This document shows, piece by piece, positions 1 to 9,700 of a stretch of 53,373 bases of DNA. This stretch comes from a virus. Its lineage: Duplodnaviria; Caudoviricetes. Positions within the stretch are counted from its first letter, which is position 1. Each line of letters begins with the position of its first letter. The translations under genes and the position numbers were made by a program. The DNA is taken from positions 1 to 53,373 of IMG/VR virus record IMGVR_UViG_3300041964_000194, one strand, 5' to 3'. The notes beneath the pieces are model-generated. The model did not search any database. It saw only the letters and a program-made list of their open reading frames with translations, and was not told where the DNA came from.

Positions 1-165
1 ATGCTGCGAAAGCTTTCTCCCGACCAAATCACCACGCTGCTTGGCGTTGTCGCCGCCTTCAAAGTTTACGTCTTTGCTCAAGGCTGGATTGACGCCAATA
101 CAGATGCCCTTTTCAATGCGCTGCTGGCGATCGCCGCAGGCTACTACAGCAACAGGAAGGCATAG
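1..165 (+). CDS. Small two-TM membrane protein, holin-like (54 aa, not in ORF track)
   Basis: ATG at 1 to TAG at 163-165 gives MLRKLSPDQITTLLGVVAAFKVYVFAQGWIDANTDALFNALLAIAAGYYSNRKA, with two hydrophobic segments and a basic C-tail. The holin role is inferred. Confidence 0.6.
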   Translation: MLRKLSPDQITTLLGVVAAFKVYVFAQGWIDANTDALFNALLAIAAGYYSNRKA

Positions 166-167
166 CC

Positions 168-506
168 GTGGAAAGCCTCTATCCCGTCCTGGCTGGCGTT
201 ATTGGCGCGATCGCATCCTGGAACCTATCGAGGATTCAGGAGCGGCAGAAGTCGAAAACCTTCGACCTTGAGTACGTGCGCTCGGTTGTAGCTGAGCAAA
301 TCAAGGATCTCCGCGACGAGCGCGATCGAAATCACGCCGAAATCGTCTCTCTTAGGGAACGCATGGCTGTGCTGGAAGCCGAGCACAAGCAAGCAGAAAG
401 AGCGCGAGCAGCGGTCATCGTCCGGTTGCAGCGTGAGAACGACGAGCTGCGCCAGCAAAATGTGAGCCTGCTCTCGGAAGTTGAAAAATTGAGGACGGCC
501 TCATGA
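168..506 (+). CDS. N-terminal TM plus coiled-coil protein (possible lysis accessory)
   Basis: Hydrophobic N-terminus LYPVLAGVIGAIASW followed by a heptad-rich helix; starts 2 nt after the holin-like gene. Confidence 0.6.
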   Translation: MESLYPVLAGVIGAIASWNLSRIQERQKSKTFDLEYVRSVVAEQIKDLRDERDRNHAEIVSLRERMAVLEAEHKQAERARAAVIVRLQRENDELRQQNVSLLSEVEKLRTAS

Positions 507-634
507 GCCGAGACTTGATAGCCCTTGAAGTTTGGATGCTGTTCAACCTGCCACTGTTCGCGCCGAAACTGCGACGGCAACGGCAGGTTGAGCACTTGGA
601 GTACTGCCTAAAATTGCAGGGACAAAAGTCGTAG
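503..634 (+). CDS. Hypothetical protein, 43 aa
   Basis: ATGA overlap with the upstream stop; MSRDLIALEVWMLFNLPLFAPKLRRQRQVEHLEYCLKLQGQKS. Confidence 0.4.
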   Translation: MSRDLIALEVWMLFNLPLFAPKLRRQRQVEHLEYCLKLQGQKS

Positions 635-641
635 GAACGAT
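631..641 (+). promoter_or_regulatory. Late-gene upstream motif GTAGGAACGAT (copy 1 of 10)
   Basis: Same 11-mer recurs upstream of structural genes; this copy ends 32 nt before ATG 674. Confidence 0.6.
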
Positions 642-644
642 TGC

Positions 645-672
645 AGCGAACAAAACTATACTTTTGTCCGCT
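645..672. other. dif/res-like recombination site (11-6-11 inverted repeat)
   Basis: AGCGAACAAAA-CTATAC-TTTTGTCCGCT; arms are 10/11 complementary with a 6-bp spacer, directly before the recombinase ATG. Confidence 0.6.
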
Positions 673-673
673 C

Positions 674-1504
674 ATGGATCAGCTTGCCAAGCTCGATGAT
701 GACGATCGCCTGATTGCGATGTGGCTGCATGGCCGTCCCGACTCAACCCAGAAAGAGTATGCGCGGGACGTGCAGAAGTTTCGATCGATCATCGGCAAAG
801 CTCTCAGGGCAACATCTCTAGAAGATTTGCAGCATTACCAGAATTATTTGCTGTTGCGCGACCTCAAGCCTGCCACGCTGAGGCGCAAGCTCAACACGAT
901 TAAATCGCTGTATTCGTTCGCCGCATCGCTGAATTACTTGCCCTTCAATATCGCTGCGGCGCTGCGTCTGCCCAAAGCAAAAGCAGTTTCTGCTCAGCGG
1001 TTTCTGCGGCCAGACGAGGTGAAGCGGTTAATTGCGGCAGCTCCACCAGGGAAGGCGCGATCGCTGCTGCTGTTTCTCTACGGCACCGGCGTCAGGATCA
1101 ACGAAGCCTGTACGCTGCGCTGGCGTAACTGCTGGCAGCGGCTCGACGGCAGCACCCAGGCCACGATTACAGGGAAGGGCGATAAGCAGCGTGTAATCCT
1201 GATCCCTCCGCAAGTTTGGGCAGAGGTTGCAGCTCTAGCACCCCACCCCCCACAGCCAGACGCACTTGTCTTCAACCTCGATCGCCGTCGCGCCTGGGAG
1301 CTGGTCAAAGCCGCTGCGATCGCCGCCAATCTGCCCAAGGTTTCGCCGCACTGGTTCCGCCACGCTCACGCCATCCACTCACTCAAGGGCGGTGCACCGA
1401 TTGAACTGGTACGAGACTCGCTTGGGCACAGCTCGATCGCGGTGACGAACTGCTATCTAGAAGCGGCTCCTGACGATGGCAGCAGCCGCTATTTGAATCT
1501 GTAG
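674..1504 (+). CDS. XerC/D-like tyrosine recombinase (resolvase type, no arm-binding domain)
   Basis: SAM-like N-domain plus catalytic motifs GVRINE, GKGDK, HWFRH, LGHSS and the C-terminal Tyr (TNCYL). Probable start is ATG 674. Confidence 0.9.
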   Translation: MDQLAKLDDDDRLIAMWLHGRPDSTQKEYARDVQKFRSIIGKALRATSLEDLQHYQNYLLLRDLKPATLRRKLNTIKSLYSFAASLNYLPFNIAAALRLPKAKAVSAQRFLRPDEVKRLIAAAPPGKARSLLLFLYGTGVRINEACTLRWRNCWQRLDGSTQATITGKGDKQRVILIPPQVWAEVAALAPHPPQPDALVFNLDRRRAWELVKAAAIAANLPKVSPHWFRHAHAIHSLKGGAPIELVRDSLGHSSIAVTNCYLEAAPDDGSSRYLNL

Positions 1505-1696
1505 CTACTGCTGGCTGCACTGGAAGATTGAGTAGGTAGTCGTAGGGTTCCGAGAGGCGTGGCAAGTGAAAAATCATAAAAACAGTAGTAATTATTGCTC
1601 AATTTATTCTTCAATTTTCCGATCGCGCCCTCTCTTTAGGCAGCAGTAGATCTACTGGGATACAATTCCTGACAGCGTTTCGAGGATTTAACCCTC

Positions 1697-1972
1697 ATGA
1701 ATAAAGGTGAACTGGTTGATAAAGTTGCAGAAACAGCAAATGTCACCAAGAAACAAGCTGACGTGATTGTCACCGCAGCGTTCGAGAGCATCACTGAAGC
1801 AGTGGCGGCTGGTGAGAAGGTAACACTGGTCGGGTTTGGGACATTTGAAGCACGCAAACGGCAAGCACGCGAAGGCCGTAATCCCAAAACCGGAGAGACG
1901 ATGCAAATTGCTGAATCTGTTGTGCCTGCCTTCAGTGCGGGCAAGCTGTTTAAGGATAAAGTCGCAGGTTAA
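1697..1972 (+). CDS. hup: HU family DNA-binding protein
   Basis: MNKGELV...GEKVTLVGFGTF...REGRNPKTGE...VPAFSAGKLFK is the HU signature. Confidence 0.95.
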   Translation: MNKGELVDKVAETANVTKKQADVIVTAAFESITEAVAAGEKVTLVGFGTFEARKRQAREGRNPKTGETMQIAESVVPAFSAGKLFKDKVAG

Positions 1973-2011
1973 ATCAGCAAGTTAAGTTTGCCGTGTTTAC
2001 TCCCAGCTCCC

Positions 2012-2049
2012 GCCGCGATCGAATGTGATGAACTCGATCGCGGCTTTTT
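2012..2049 (+). terminator. Rho-independent terminator after hup
   Basis: GCCGCGATCGA / TCGATCGCGGC stem followed by TTTTT. Confidence 0.7.
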
Positions 2050-2224
2050 GTTGCCTGTGAGAATGACAGCTAAGACAAATTGCTCCGTGTGTCCCCACGA
2101 CCAGCGCCCGCTGCCTCAACCCTGCGCGATCGCCCCTGTTTTTCACCCATTGCAAAAACCGCAAAACCGCTCACTGTGGGAATTCCAGCAGTAGTGATGA
2201 AAATAAAACTTCGGTTTTTGCAAC

Positions 2225-2692
2225 GTGCCCAAGCAAATCGACTGGGAAGAAATTCGCAAGTATTGGCAGACCACCGGCGCATCTTCGCAGGCGATCGCGG
2301 ACCACTTCGGCGTTAGCAAACGAGCGGTTGACGATCGCCTGCCGCAGTGGAGATCGACTGAGAAAAGCCCGAAGGTTGTGACGCTCCAGGCCAGGTCGGA
2401 ATCGCGGCAGCCAACAACGCATCCGCCGATTCGCCGCCGCATTCCCAAAGGGCAAATAGACAAGCTCGAAATTCTTGAGGACGCGATCGCCCAGCTATCG
2501 GCGACGCTCAGCGGTGATGTTGACCCCAGGTCAATGGGCAGCATCGCAGGCGGCCTAATCAAGCTGATGGAATATCACGACAAAAAGCAGCCGCTGACAG
2601 CAGCAGAAGTTGTGGATCTGGCGATCGAGGTGGGAGTTACCCCGCAGCAGTTTGTCGATGAATTGAAGGCAGCATGGCAACAGCGAGCCTGA
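2225..2692 (+). CDS. Terminase small subunit (putative)
   Basis: N-terminal HTH (IDWEEIRKYW...SQAIADHFGVSKRAV); overlaps the terL start. Confidence 0.7.
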   Translation: MPKQIDWEEIRKYWQTTGASSQAIADHFGVSKRAVDDRLPQWRSTEKSPKVVTLQARSESRQPTTHPPIRRRIPKGQIDKLEILEDAIAQLSATLSGDVDPRSMGSIAGGLIKLMEYHDKKQPLTAAEVVDLAIEVGVTPQQFVDELKAAWQQRA

Positions 2693-4155
2693 AGCAGCAG
2701 TATCTCGCCGCGCTGGAAGCCGAGTTCTGTGAGCCGCAAGCAGAAGCTGAAACCAAGCCGCTCCTCACCTTCCGCGAATTTGTCGATCGCGTTTACCCGA
2801 AATATCAGTGGTATCGCCACAACGTTGTCCTGGGTAATGCTTTGCAGCGCGTGGCAGATGGCGAGCTAAAGCGGCTGATGGTGTTCATGCCGCCACGCGG
2901 CGGCAAGTCGCTGCTAACTTCCAAACTGTTTCCGGCCTACTACCTCTATCGCCACCCCGATCGCTTCGTTGGCTTGAATGCCTACAGTGCTGAGCTGGCT
3001 TACACCTTCAGCCGTGCTAGTCGCGAAGCCTTTCTACAGAATGGTGGCACGCTCAAGGGCGATGCAGCAGCAGTAAAGCATTGGGAGACTGAGCAGGGCG
3101 GTGGCTGCTGGGCGGCAGGTGTGGGCGGCTCAATCACCGGAAAGGGCTACTCGCTCGGACTGATTGATGATCCACTGAAGAACGCTGAGGAAGCCTTCAG
3201 CGACAAGATTCGCGCCAAGCAAAAGGAGTGGTATGAATCCACCTTCTACACTCGCGCTGAGCCAGACGGGGCGATCGTCGTGGTGCAGACCCGTTGGCAT
3301 CAAGACGACCTCAGCGGCTGGCTGCTGAGTGAGGAGGCCGGCAGCGACCAGCCGGAGGGTTGGCACATCGTCAACTTCGAGGCCATCAAGGAAGAGACGC
3401 TGCCCGACTTCCCCAAAACCTGCACGGTCGAACCGGACTGGCGATCGCCTGGTGAGGCACTGTGCCCGGAGCGCTTCACACTCAAGCGGCTGCTGCAAAT
3501 CATGCGCAAGGTCGGGACGCTGTTCTGGTCAGCCATGTACCAGCAGCGCCCATCTCCGGCTGAGGGTGACTACTTCAAGCGCAGTTGGTGGAAGTTCTAC
3601 CCGTTAGCTCCAGCGCAGTTCGATCGCGTTATTCTCAGCGCCGATTGCACCTTCAAAGAATCGAAAAAATCTGACTTTGTTGTCCTGCAAATTTGGGGAC
3701 AAAAAGGCGGTGAATTCTGGCTGCTAGACCAGGTGCGCGGGCGGATGGATATCAACGCCACCATCACTGCGATTCGCGCTTTGTGCGCCAAATGGCCGCA
3801 GGCGACAGCGAAATTAGTTGAAGACAAAGCCAACGGCTCAGCAGGTCATCGACCTGCTCAAACGCGAGATCTCAGGGCTGCTTCCCATCGAGCCAGAGGC
3901 GGCAAGCTGGTTCGTGCTGTGGCGATCGCCCCTTACGTTGAGGCGGGAAACGTCTATATTCCCGATCCGGCGATCGCGGCCTGGGTAAACGACTACATCG
4001 AAGAGTTCGCGGTCTTTCCGAATGGCGTGAATGACGACCAGGTAGACGCCACCTCGCAGGCGCTCAACTGGCTGAAACAGAATCCGCCGCCCTGTACCCG
4101 CCCGTCGCTACACTCCCACATCAAGCCGGAACTGGTAGGAACGCTGACGGCGTAA
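2674..4155 (+). CDS. terL: Terminase large subunit
   Basis: Walker A region MPPRGGKS, Walker B LIDDP, TRWHQDDL, and nuclease motifs SADC, VEDKANG, DDQVDA. A local compensating frameshift appears at ~3840-3900. Confidence 0.95.
   Translation: MATASLKQQYLAALEAEFCEPQAEAETKPLLTFREFVDRVYPKYQWYRHNVVLGNALQRVADGELKRLMVFMPPRGGKSLLTSKLFPAYYLYRHPDRFVGLNAYSAELAYTFSRASREAFLQNGGTLKGDAAAVKHWETEQGGGCWAAGVGGSITGKGYSLGLIDDPLKNAEEAFSDKIRAKQKEWYESTFYTRAEPDGAIVVVQTRWHQDDLSGWLLSEEAGSDQPEGWHIVNFEAIKEETLPDFPKTCTVEPDWRSPGEALCPERFTLKRLLQIMRKVGTLFWSAMYQQRPSPAEGDYFKRSWWKFYPLAPAQFDRVILSADCTFKESKKSDFVVLQIWGQKGGEFWLLDQVRGRMDINATITAIRALCAKWPQATAKLVEDKANGSAGHRPAQTRDLRAASHRARGGKLVRAVAIAPYVEAGNVYIPDPAIAAWVNDYIEEFAVFPNGVNDDQVDATSQALNWLKQNPPPCTRPSLHSHIKPELVGTLTA
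4135..4145 (+). promoter_or_regulatory. Late motif GTAGGAACGCT upstream of portal
   Basis: Exact motif ending 31 nt before GTG 4177. Confidence 0.6.
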
Positions 4156-4176
4156 GCTTTCCAGACGGCGATCGCA

Positions 4177-5632
4177 GTGAAAACCGCTCAAACTCTTAGC
4201 CTGAAATCGATTCAAGAAAACCAGCGGTACTACGACGGGGAATTTTGGTCTTCTTGGATTGGTCCCAGAATTCCAGATAATGAACCCGGCGCGGCTGACC
4301 TGATGGCCGAGGTGAAACGGATCTTCCAGTCGGTAAACATGGTGCGCGAGTGTGTCGATCGCCATGTTGCAGCACTCATCGGCAGATTCCCCGTCTGGTA
4401 TTTGAAGGACAAAAGCGGAGAGCGGATTGAAGCAAGTGAGGCGGAGAAACTGCTTCAACGCTGGCTCGATGCCGTGCAGCAACGATCGGCATCGGGAGCA
4501 ACTGAGCAAGGGCGATCCATTTTTGAGTCTGTCACTAACCTGGCTATCAACGGAGAAGGGGCACTTCGGCTGTGGCAGCCCGCTCGATTTGAGAGCGCCT
4601 CAGACCCGATCGAGCGCATCCACCTGCACGCTGTCAAACCTGGCTCGCTGGAAGTTGAGCGCGGCGATGATGGGTTCATTGACGAACTGCGCTACCGCTA
4701 CGGCCAAAACAAAACTGAGGTTGAGCGGCTGGAAGACAACGGCGATCTAACGATCGAAAGCGATGACCTGGAAGAGCCGCTGACGCTTCCCACAGGCGGA
4801 CGCTGGACGATTTCGCAGATGCGCTCGCCCTCACTGCTGACGCCACAAATTAAGCAGAACCAGGATGCGGTCAACCACAGCTTGACCATGATGCTTCGCA
4901 ATCAGGAGCAGGCTGGGTTTCTCGATCGAATCTTCCTCAATGCCCAGCCTCCTGGCGAGTGGGTGGACGATGCCACGGCTCCAGGCGGCCAGCGCTTCGT
5001 GCCCAACGGCAAGGGTCTGGAGAAGGGCGCTGGTATCGACAACTTCCTGTTCGGAGTCCCCACCGGCGACCCAGCAGAACCCCACGTACACGACTCCGAG
5101 CGTGGTGACGAATCAGCCGATCGCGCCTGATGGGTTTCTCAAGTCGATCGCCGCCTACCGCGAATTCATCTATCACAGCTTCGGTCAAGGTCATCTACTT
5201 GCCAGCGCCGATGGCAACATCAACGGTGTCTCTAGAATCCAGCTACGTCAGGATTTCGAGATGAAACTGACGCGGCAGAAAACGACGATCGAAGCGGCGA
5301 TCGCCAACATCCTCAACGTGGTCCTGCGGATTCTGGGCTACGAGGAGCTTGAGGCAGTGGTGCAGCTCCGAATCACCACTGGCAAGCTGTCACCTGAAGA
5401 GCGGCAGATGATTATCACCGAGTTCGATAAGGGACTGCTGTCAAAGGCCACGGCGATCGCGCTTTTAGGAAGTGTCGAGGATGTCGATAGCGAACTCGCA
5501 CTCATCAGAGAGGAGGCCACAGAGGAGATGCGATCGCGCTCCAGCGACGACGACGACGATCCGCCAGTGCCAAACAACGAACCAACACCGCCAAACAACG
5601 AACCAACCGACGAGGAGCCAGATGAAGCCTAA
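4177..5632 (+). CDS. Portal protein (frameshift at ~5080)
   Basis: Follows terL; ORFs 4177-5130 and 4940-5632 join into ~485 aa with 'YYDG' near the N-terminus and an acidic C-tail. Confidence 0.75.
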
Positions 5633-5810
5633 ACCACAAATCTCGGAGAACTTTCAGCCGCAGCGTAATTTCCAGATTCCTGGTGCGTCGGTGATTGTGC
5701 AAAGTGAAGATGACCCGATGGCGATCGAGCAACTGCTGGCGATCGTCTTTTCGATGGCTGGCTCAAATCCTGAGTGCAAAGTACATTTCTACATCAAGGT
5801 CGAAGGGTGA
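5622..5810 (+). CDS. Hypothetical protein, 62 aa
   Basis: ATG 5622 overlaps the portal end; MKPKPQISENFQPQ...HFYIKVEG. Confidence 0.45.
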   Translation: MKPKPQISENFQPQRNFQIPGASVIVQSEDDPMAIEQLLAIVFSMAGSNPECKVHFYIKVEG

Positions 5811-5829
5811 ATCCCCCTGACTGCGCACG

Positions 5830-5840
5830 GTGGGAACGCT
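5830..5840 (+). promoter_or_regulatory. Late motif variant GTGGGAACGCT upstream of scaffold/capsid operon
   Basis: Intergenic, ending 28 nt before ATG 5869. Confidence 0.55.
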
Positions 5841-5868
5841 GCCGAAGAACTGACGGCACAACTCCCAC

Positions 5869-6538
5869 ATGGAATTCAAAGAGGCTCTGGCAGCCCTTGA
5901 GAAACTAGAAGGCGGCGCGGCTCTGGCAGCCGTTTTCTCCTCCCACGTCAACAAGCTTGACGAGAAGATTTACACCACCATCGGCGAATCACGGACCAAG
6001 GGCGCGAAGGCATCAAGCCTTGAAGCCACCGTGCTGGCGATCGCCAAGTCGCTGGGCATTGAGGGCGATGTCGATACCGTACTGACTGGCCTGGAGCCGA
6101 AGGTAACGGCGATCGCCTCTGACCTCAAGGCTGCTCAAACCAAGCTGACCGAGACCGAAACCCGCGCCACGACCGCAGAAACGAAGGTGCAGGGTTTCGA
6201 GCGCAAAGGCAAGTTTGCAGACATTGCCAGCCAAAGCCGGTGCATCAGCAGCCGTGCTCGAAACGCTGTTTGGCGACAAGCTCGACCAGCTCGCGATCGA
6301 TGGCGAGACGGTCAAGTTTGGCGACAAGCTGCTGCGTGAGCATGTCGAAGCCGACGCCACGCTGAAAGATTTTCTCCCTTCGCTGTTTCCCTCCACCGAA
6401 CAGCCTCAGTCGAAACCCGCGCCGAAGCTGCCCAGCAGCCCGCCAAGCAGTGGGAACACCAGCAAAGACCCAGTTGGCGCTTATCTCAAGCGCACCTACA
6501 CCGGACGCAAGGCGTTCGAGAAACCGCAGGCGCAATAA
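5869..6538 (+). CDS. Capsid scaffolding protein (frameshift at ~6230)
   Basis: Coiled-coil with a Pro/Ser-rich C-terminus; located between portal and capsid; two ORFs join. Confidence 0.65.
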
Positions 6539-6592
6539 CTTCTGCTCGCGATCGATCGACTGAGCACTCACCCCTAATCCCTCCAAAACAAG

Positions 6593-7231
6593 ATGGCTCA
6601 AGTAACTTGGACTAGTTCAGCCTTTGCGCTACCCGGCTTTGCAGCAGAAGAACTGACTCCCGCAAAGCTGATTCCGGGTGGCGCTCGGCTCGATGTCGCT
6701 CAGTTTAATGCTGAGGACGCAATGACGATCGTGCTGGCTGCCGGTGCAGTCACAGCAGGCAACAACAAAACGCTGAACCTTACCGCACCACTACAGCACA
6801 GCATTCCAGCAGGCTTCATTCTCGACTTCGGCGCGGGTGAGTTTTGCAACCTGGTGAATGGTGCAACCAAAGGCACTAGCGCAATCACAGGCGTCACAGT
6901 GGCTGCTGACCTTGAAGGCGGCGAATCAGCTACGTTTCGCGGTGTTTCTCCTCGCAAGCCGATCGCCGCTGGCCTGTTGGTCGGTCGCACCTTCACCGAG
7001 CGCGATGCTGGCACTGGCTACGGCGTAGCCTCAGTTGCCGCTGGCTCAGTCGATGACGAGATTTTTCTGACTGCCTTCGGCGTGATGGACGCCAACATCA
7101 ACGCTGATGTAACGCTGTTGCGGCATCAAACGCTGATCTACGAAGACAAGCTACCCAACTGGGCAAGCCTCAGCGCCGATGCCAAGTTTGCGATTCGATC
7201 GCGCTACCACTGCATTCAATCGGCTGGCTAA
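6593..7231 (+). CDS. Head decoration or minor capsid protein (putative)
   Basis: Gly/Ala-rich beta-type protein directly upstream of the major capsid gene. Confidence 0.55.
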   Translation: MAQVTWTSSAFALPGFAAEELTPAKLIPGGARLDVAQFNAEDAMTIVLAAGAVTAGNNKTLNLTAPLQHSIPAGFILDFGAGEFCNLVNGATKGTSAITGVTVAADLEGGESATFRGVSPRKPIAAGLLVGRTFTERDAGTGYGVASVAAGSVDDEIFLTAFGVMDANINADVTLLRHQTLIYEDKLPNWASLSADAKFAIRSRYHCIQSAG

Positions 7232-7269
7232 TTCCTTAACGCTCTAGAACAACTCCACACTCTTTCACC

Positions 7270-8454
7270 ATGCAGAAGACTTTTCTCCAGTTTTATCGAG
7301 AGCTTCAGGAAGACGGCCACTTTGCGCGGCTAGCCCTCGATCCCAATGCTCAGTTTGGCTCGGAAGACCAGCCAATGCTGGGCGCGTCCATCCTGCCTGA
7401 ACAGTTTGTTACCGAAAACGCTTACGAAGAAACGCAAGTGCGCTATCGCACTCAGCCCGCCCTGGACGGCGCGCGCTACAGCCCTGCTCAGATGCAAAAA
7501 TCTGGGCACCTAGTTGGTTCGGTGAAAGTCGAACTCGGCAACACCGATACCGCTGACCAGCTCACCGGAGCTGACCACGATGGCCTAGTGAAGCTGCTGA
7601 TGCGCGGTGGTGACGAGCAGGCGATCGCTCAAGCCCTCATGTGGACAGACAAATCACTTATCCGTCCACACACCATCAAAAACGAAATTCAGCGCTGGCA
7701 GGCGATCATTCTTGGCGACGTGAAGCGACGTGGCTCAGACGGATATCAGGAAGACGTGTCGTTCTACGCTCCGAACGGCCATCGCCCAGTTGTTTCTAGC
7801 GGCACGATCGCTGCACCGCAAGGTTGGTATAACGACAGTTACGACCCGCTTGCAGACATTGCACTGGGTGTAGAGACGCTCGAAGATTTGGGCTACTCTG
7901 TGGCTGGAATGTTCTCGTCTGGCAAGCTTACCAGCGTCCTCAAGCGTAACGGGGAAGTTGCCAAGCGCAACAGCCGCGTCGTGATTAACGCCGGTGGCAC
8001 GATCGCCAGCACCTCTGCGCGCATTACCGACGCTCAATTGCGCGCCATTCTCGAAGAAGAAGAATTTCCCGCTATCACCAAATACAACGGTGGCTATGAG
8101 TCCCCGAACGGCTTCAAGCGCTTTATTGATGTCGCCCCCAACGCCGATCGCGACTACTTCGTGATTGTTGGCCGCACCGAACGGCAGTGGGATATGGCGA
8201 CCAGCTATGCAGGTGCCGTTGATGCTGATTTGGGTGATTTTGCTGACGGTGCGATCGTGCTGGGCAGCACGCTGGGCTACTACGCAGTAGGCCGCAACGT
8301 TGGTCAAGCTGCTCCTGGACGAACTGTATTTACTGAGCCGCAAGAGCGCAAGCCTGCTGGCATGTATGGCGAATCCTACCAGACTGGCTTCCCTGTGATT
8401 ACTGAACCACAGGCAATCTACGTGATTCAGGTCATGCGCCCGACTGCTAGCTAG
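7270..8454 (+). CDS. Major capsid protein
   Basis: 394 aa intact ORF in the canonical position; EIQRWQAIILG and GFPVITEPQAI resemble lambda-E-like capsids. Confidence 0.8.
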   Translation: MQKTFLQFYRELQEDGHFARLALDPNAQFGSEDQPMLGASILPEQFVTENAYEETQVRYRTQPALDGARYSPAQMQKSGHLVGSVKVELGNTDTADQLTGADHDGLVKLLMRGGDEQAIAQALMWTDKSLIRPHTIKNEIQRWQAIILGDVKRRGSDGYQEDVSFYAPNGHRPVVSSGTIAAPQGWYNDSYDPLADIALGVETLEDLGYSVAGMFSSGKLTSVLKRNGEVAKRNSRVVINAGGTIASTSARITDAQLRAILEEEEFPAITKYNGGYESPNGFKRFIDVAPNADRDYFVIVGRTERQWDMATSYAGAVDADLGDFADGAIVLGSTLGYYAVGRNVGQAAPGRTVFTEPQERKPAGMYGESYQTGFPVITEPQAIYVIQVMRPTAS

Positions 8455-8462
8455 GAGGGTTA

Positions 8463-8684
8463 ATGATGCAAGTCAATTTGACTGAAGACCAGTCCTGGCG
8501 CGGCGTGCTCTACCCAGCAGGCGATCGCGAGGTTCCTGATGAACTAGCGATCGCTCTGGGACTGATGGCACTGCCGACCGTCCCAGCAGCGCCGCCAGAA
8601 GTCACCGTTACCAGCAGCGATCCGGTTGCTGACTTTGCAAAAGTCCAGCAGCCGTCGAAAGCCACACGGCGCAAGGGGGCTTAA
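8463..8684 (+). CDS. Small head-associated protein
   Basis: GGAGG RBS upstream; 73 aa directly after the capsid gene; basic C-tail. Confidence 0.65.
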   Translation: MMQVNLTEDQSWRGVLYPAGDREVPDELAIALGLMALPTVPAAPPEVTVTSSDPVADFAKVQQPSKATRRKGA

Positions 8685-9057
8685 TGGCCTACACGATCTA
8701 GCAGCAGCATTGTCACGAGGCAAAGGAACGATCGGGAGCAACTGCTGCGAATGACGAATTTCTAACCGAGATACTGAACCTCTCAGCAGGCAAGGATGCG
8801 GCTGGAGCGACGCACTACAGGCCGATGTATGTGGCCGCCGACTTCCTTGAGCAGAATCGAGCCTTACAAGCACTCGAAGAGGCGAAAGGCGTGAAATTCA
8901 CCCGACAGGCCACGACGATCGCCAGCCTGCGAAAGCTGCAAGCCTCGATCGATGCCGCGCTCGGTTGACCGTTCCGCCAGGGTTTGAGGCGCTGCCCAGT
9001 GCAGCGTCCTCTCGCCGATATGCGTCCCGATCGCTACCCACCCAGGTGCGGCCATGA
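8684..9057 (+). CDS. Head-tail adaptor-like protein (reconstructed across indels; missing from ORF track)
   Basis: TAATG overlap at the start and ATGA overlap at the end. Reconstruction: MAYTDLAAAL..AKERSGATAANDEFLTEILNLSAGKDAAGATHYRPMYVAADFLEQNR...QVRP. Confidence 0.55.
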
Positions 9058-9692
9058 GCGACAGCCCTTTCGCGGCTTATGCCAACACGATCCTGCGGTT
9101 TGAAGTGCCCAGCGGCGAGCTGACGACAGTCCCAGCAACGGCAACATCAAGCCCGCAGGAACGGCGGTTGTGCAAGTCACGGCCATGCTGCTGCAAGCTC
9201 GCCCTCCGTCTGATACGACTCGGCCTGGAGTCGATTCGACCGCAGTCTACCTGGAAGGCTTCGCTGTCGAACCAATGGCACTGCCCAGCATCGTGACGCC
9301 TCAGTCGCCCTGTGCGGCCACCTGGAACGGCAGGCGCGGCAAGTTCCTTCTGGAGCTGGACAGGGCGATCGCCCTTTGGCTATGAAGACTCAACGGGCGA
9401 AGAAATTAAGGGCTGGTTCCAAGTCTTGAGCTTTGCGGTTGAGGGCGATCTGTATGTGCCTCCGCCGCCTCCGCCGCCTCCCACTCCGATCGGCGATTTG
9501 ATTGCCTACACCCACACCCAAACAACTCCCAGCTTGGTTTGGGTAATCCAGCACAACCTCAATCGGGAGCCTTCAATCACGACCAGCACCACGACTAACA
9601 GCGTGATAGATGGCGACATCACTTACAGCAGCAGCAACGTGGCGATCGTGACGTTCTCAGTGCCGCTGACCGGACAAGCTTACTGTATCTAG
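9054..9692 (+). CDS. Head-closure-like protein with C-terminal 'HNL' beta domain (frameshifted)
   Basis: Three overlapping ORFs join; a poly-Pro linker precedes YTHTQTTPSLVWVIQHNLNREPS. Confidence 0.5.
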
Positions 9693-9700
9693 GCTCAGCC

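Noticed and set aside
5571-5606. CCAAACAACGAACCAAC tandem duplication
   Set aside because: It is a low-complexity coding repeat (PNNEPT x2) in the portal tail.
8721-8731. AAAGGAACGAT as another late motif
   Set aside because: It lies inside the reconstructed adaptor gene and lacks the T at position 2.
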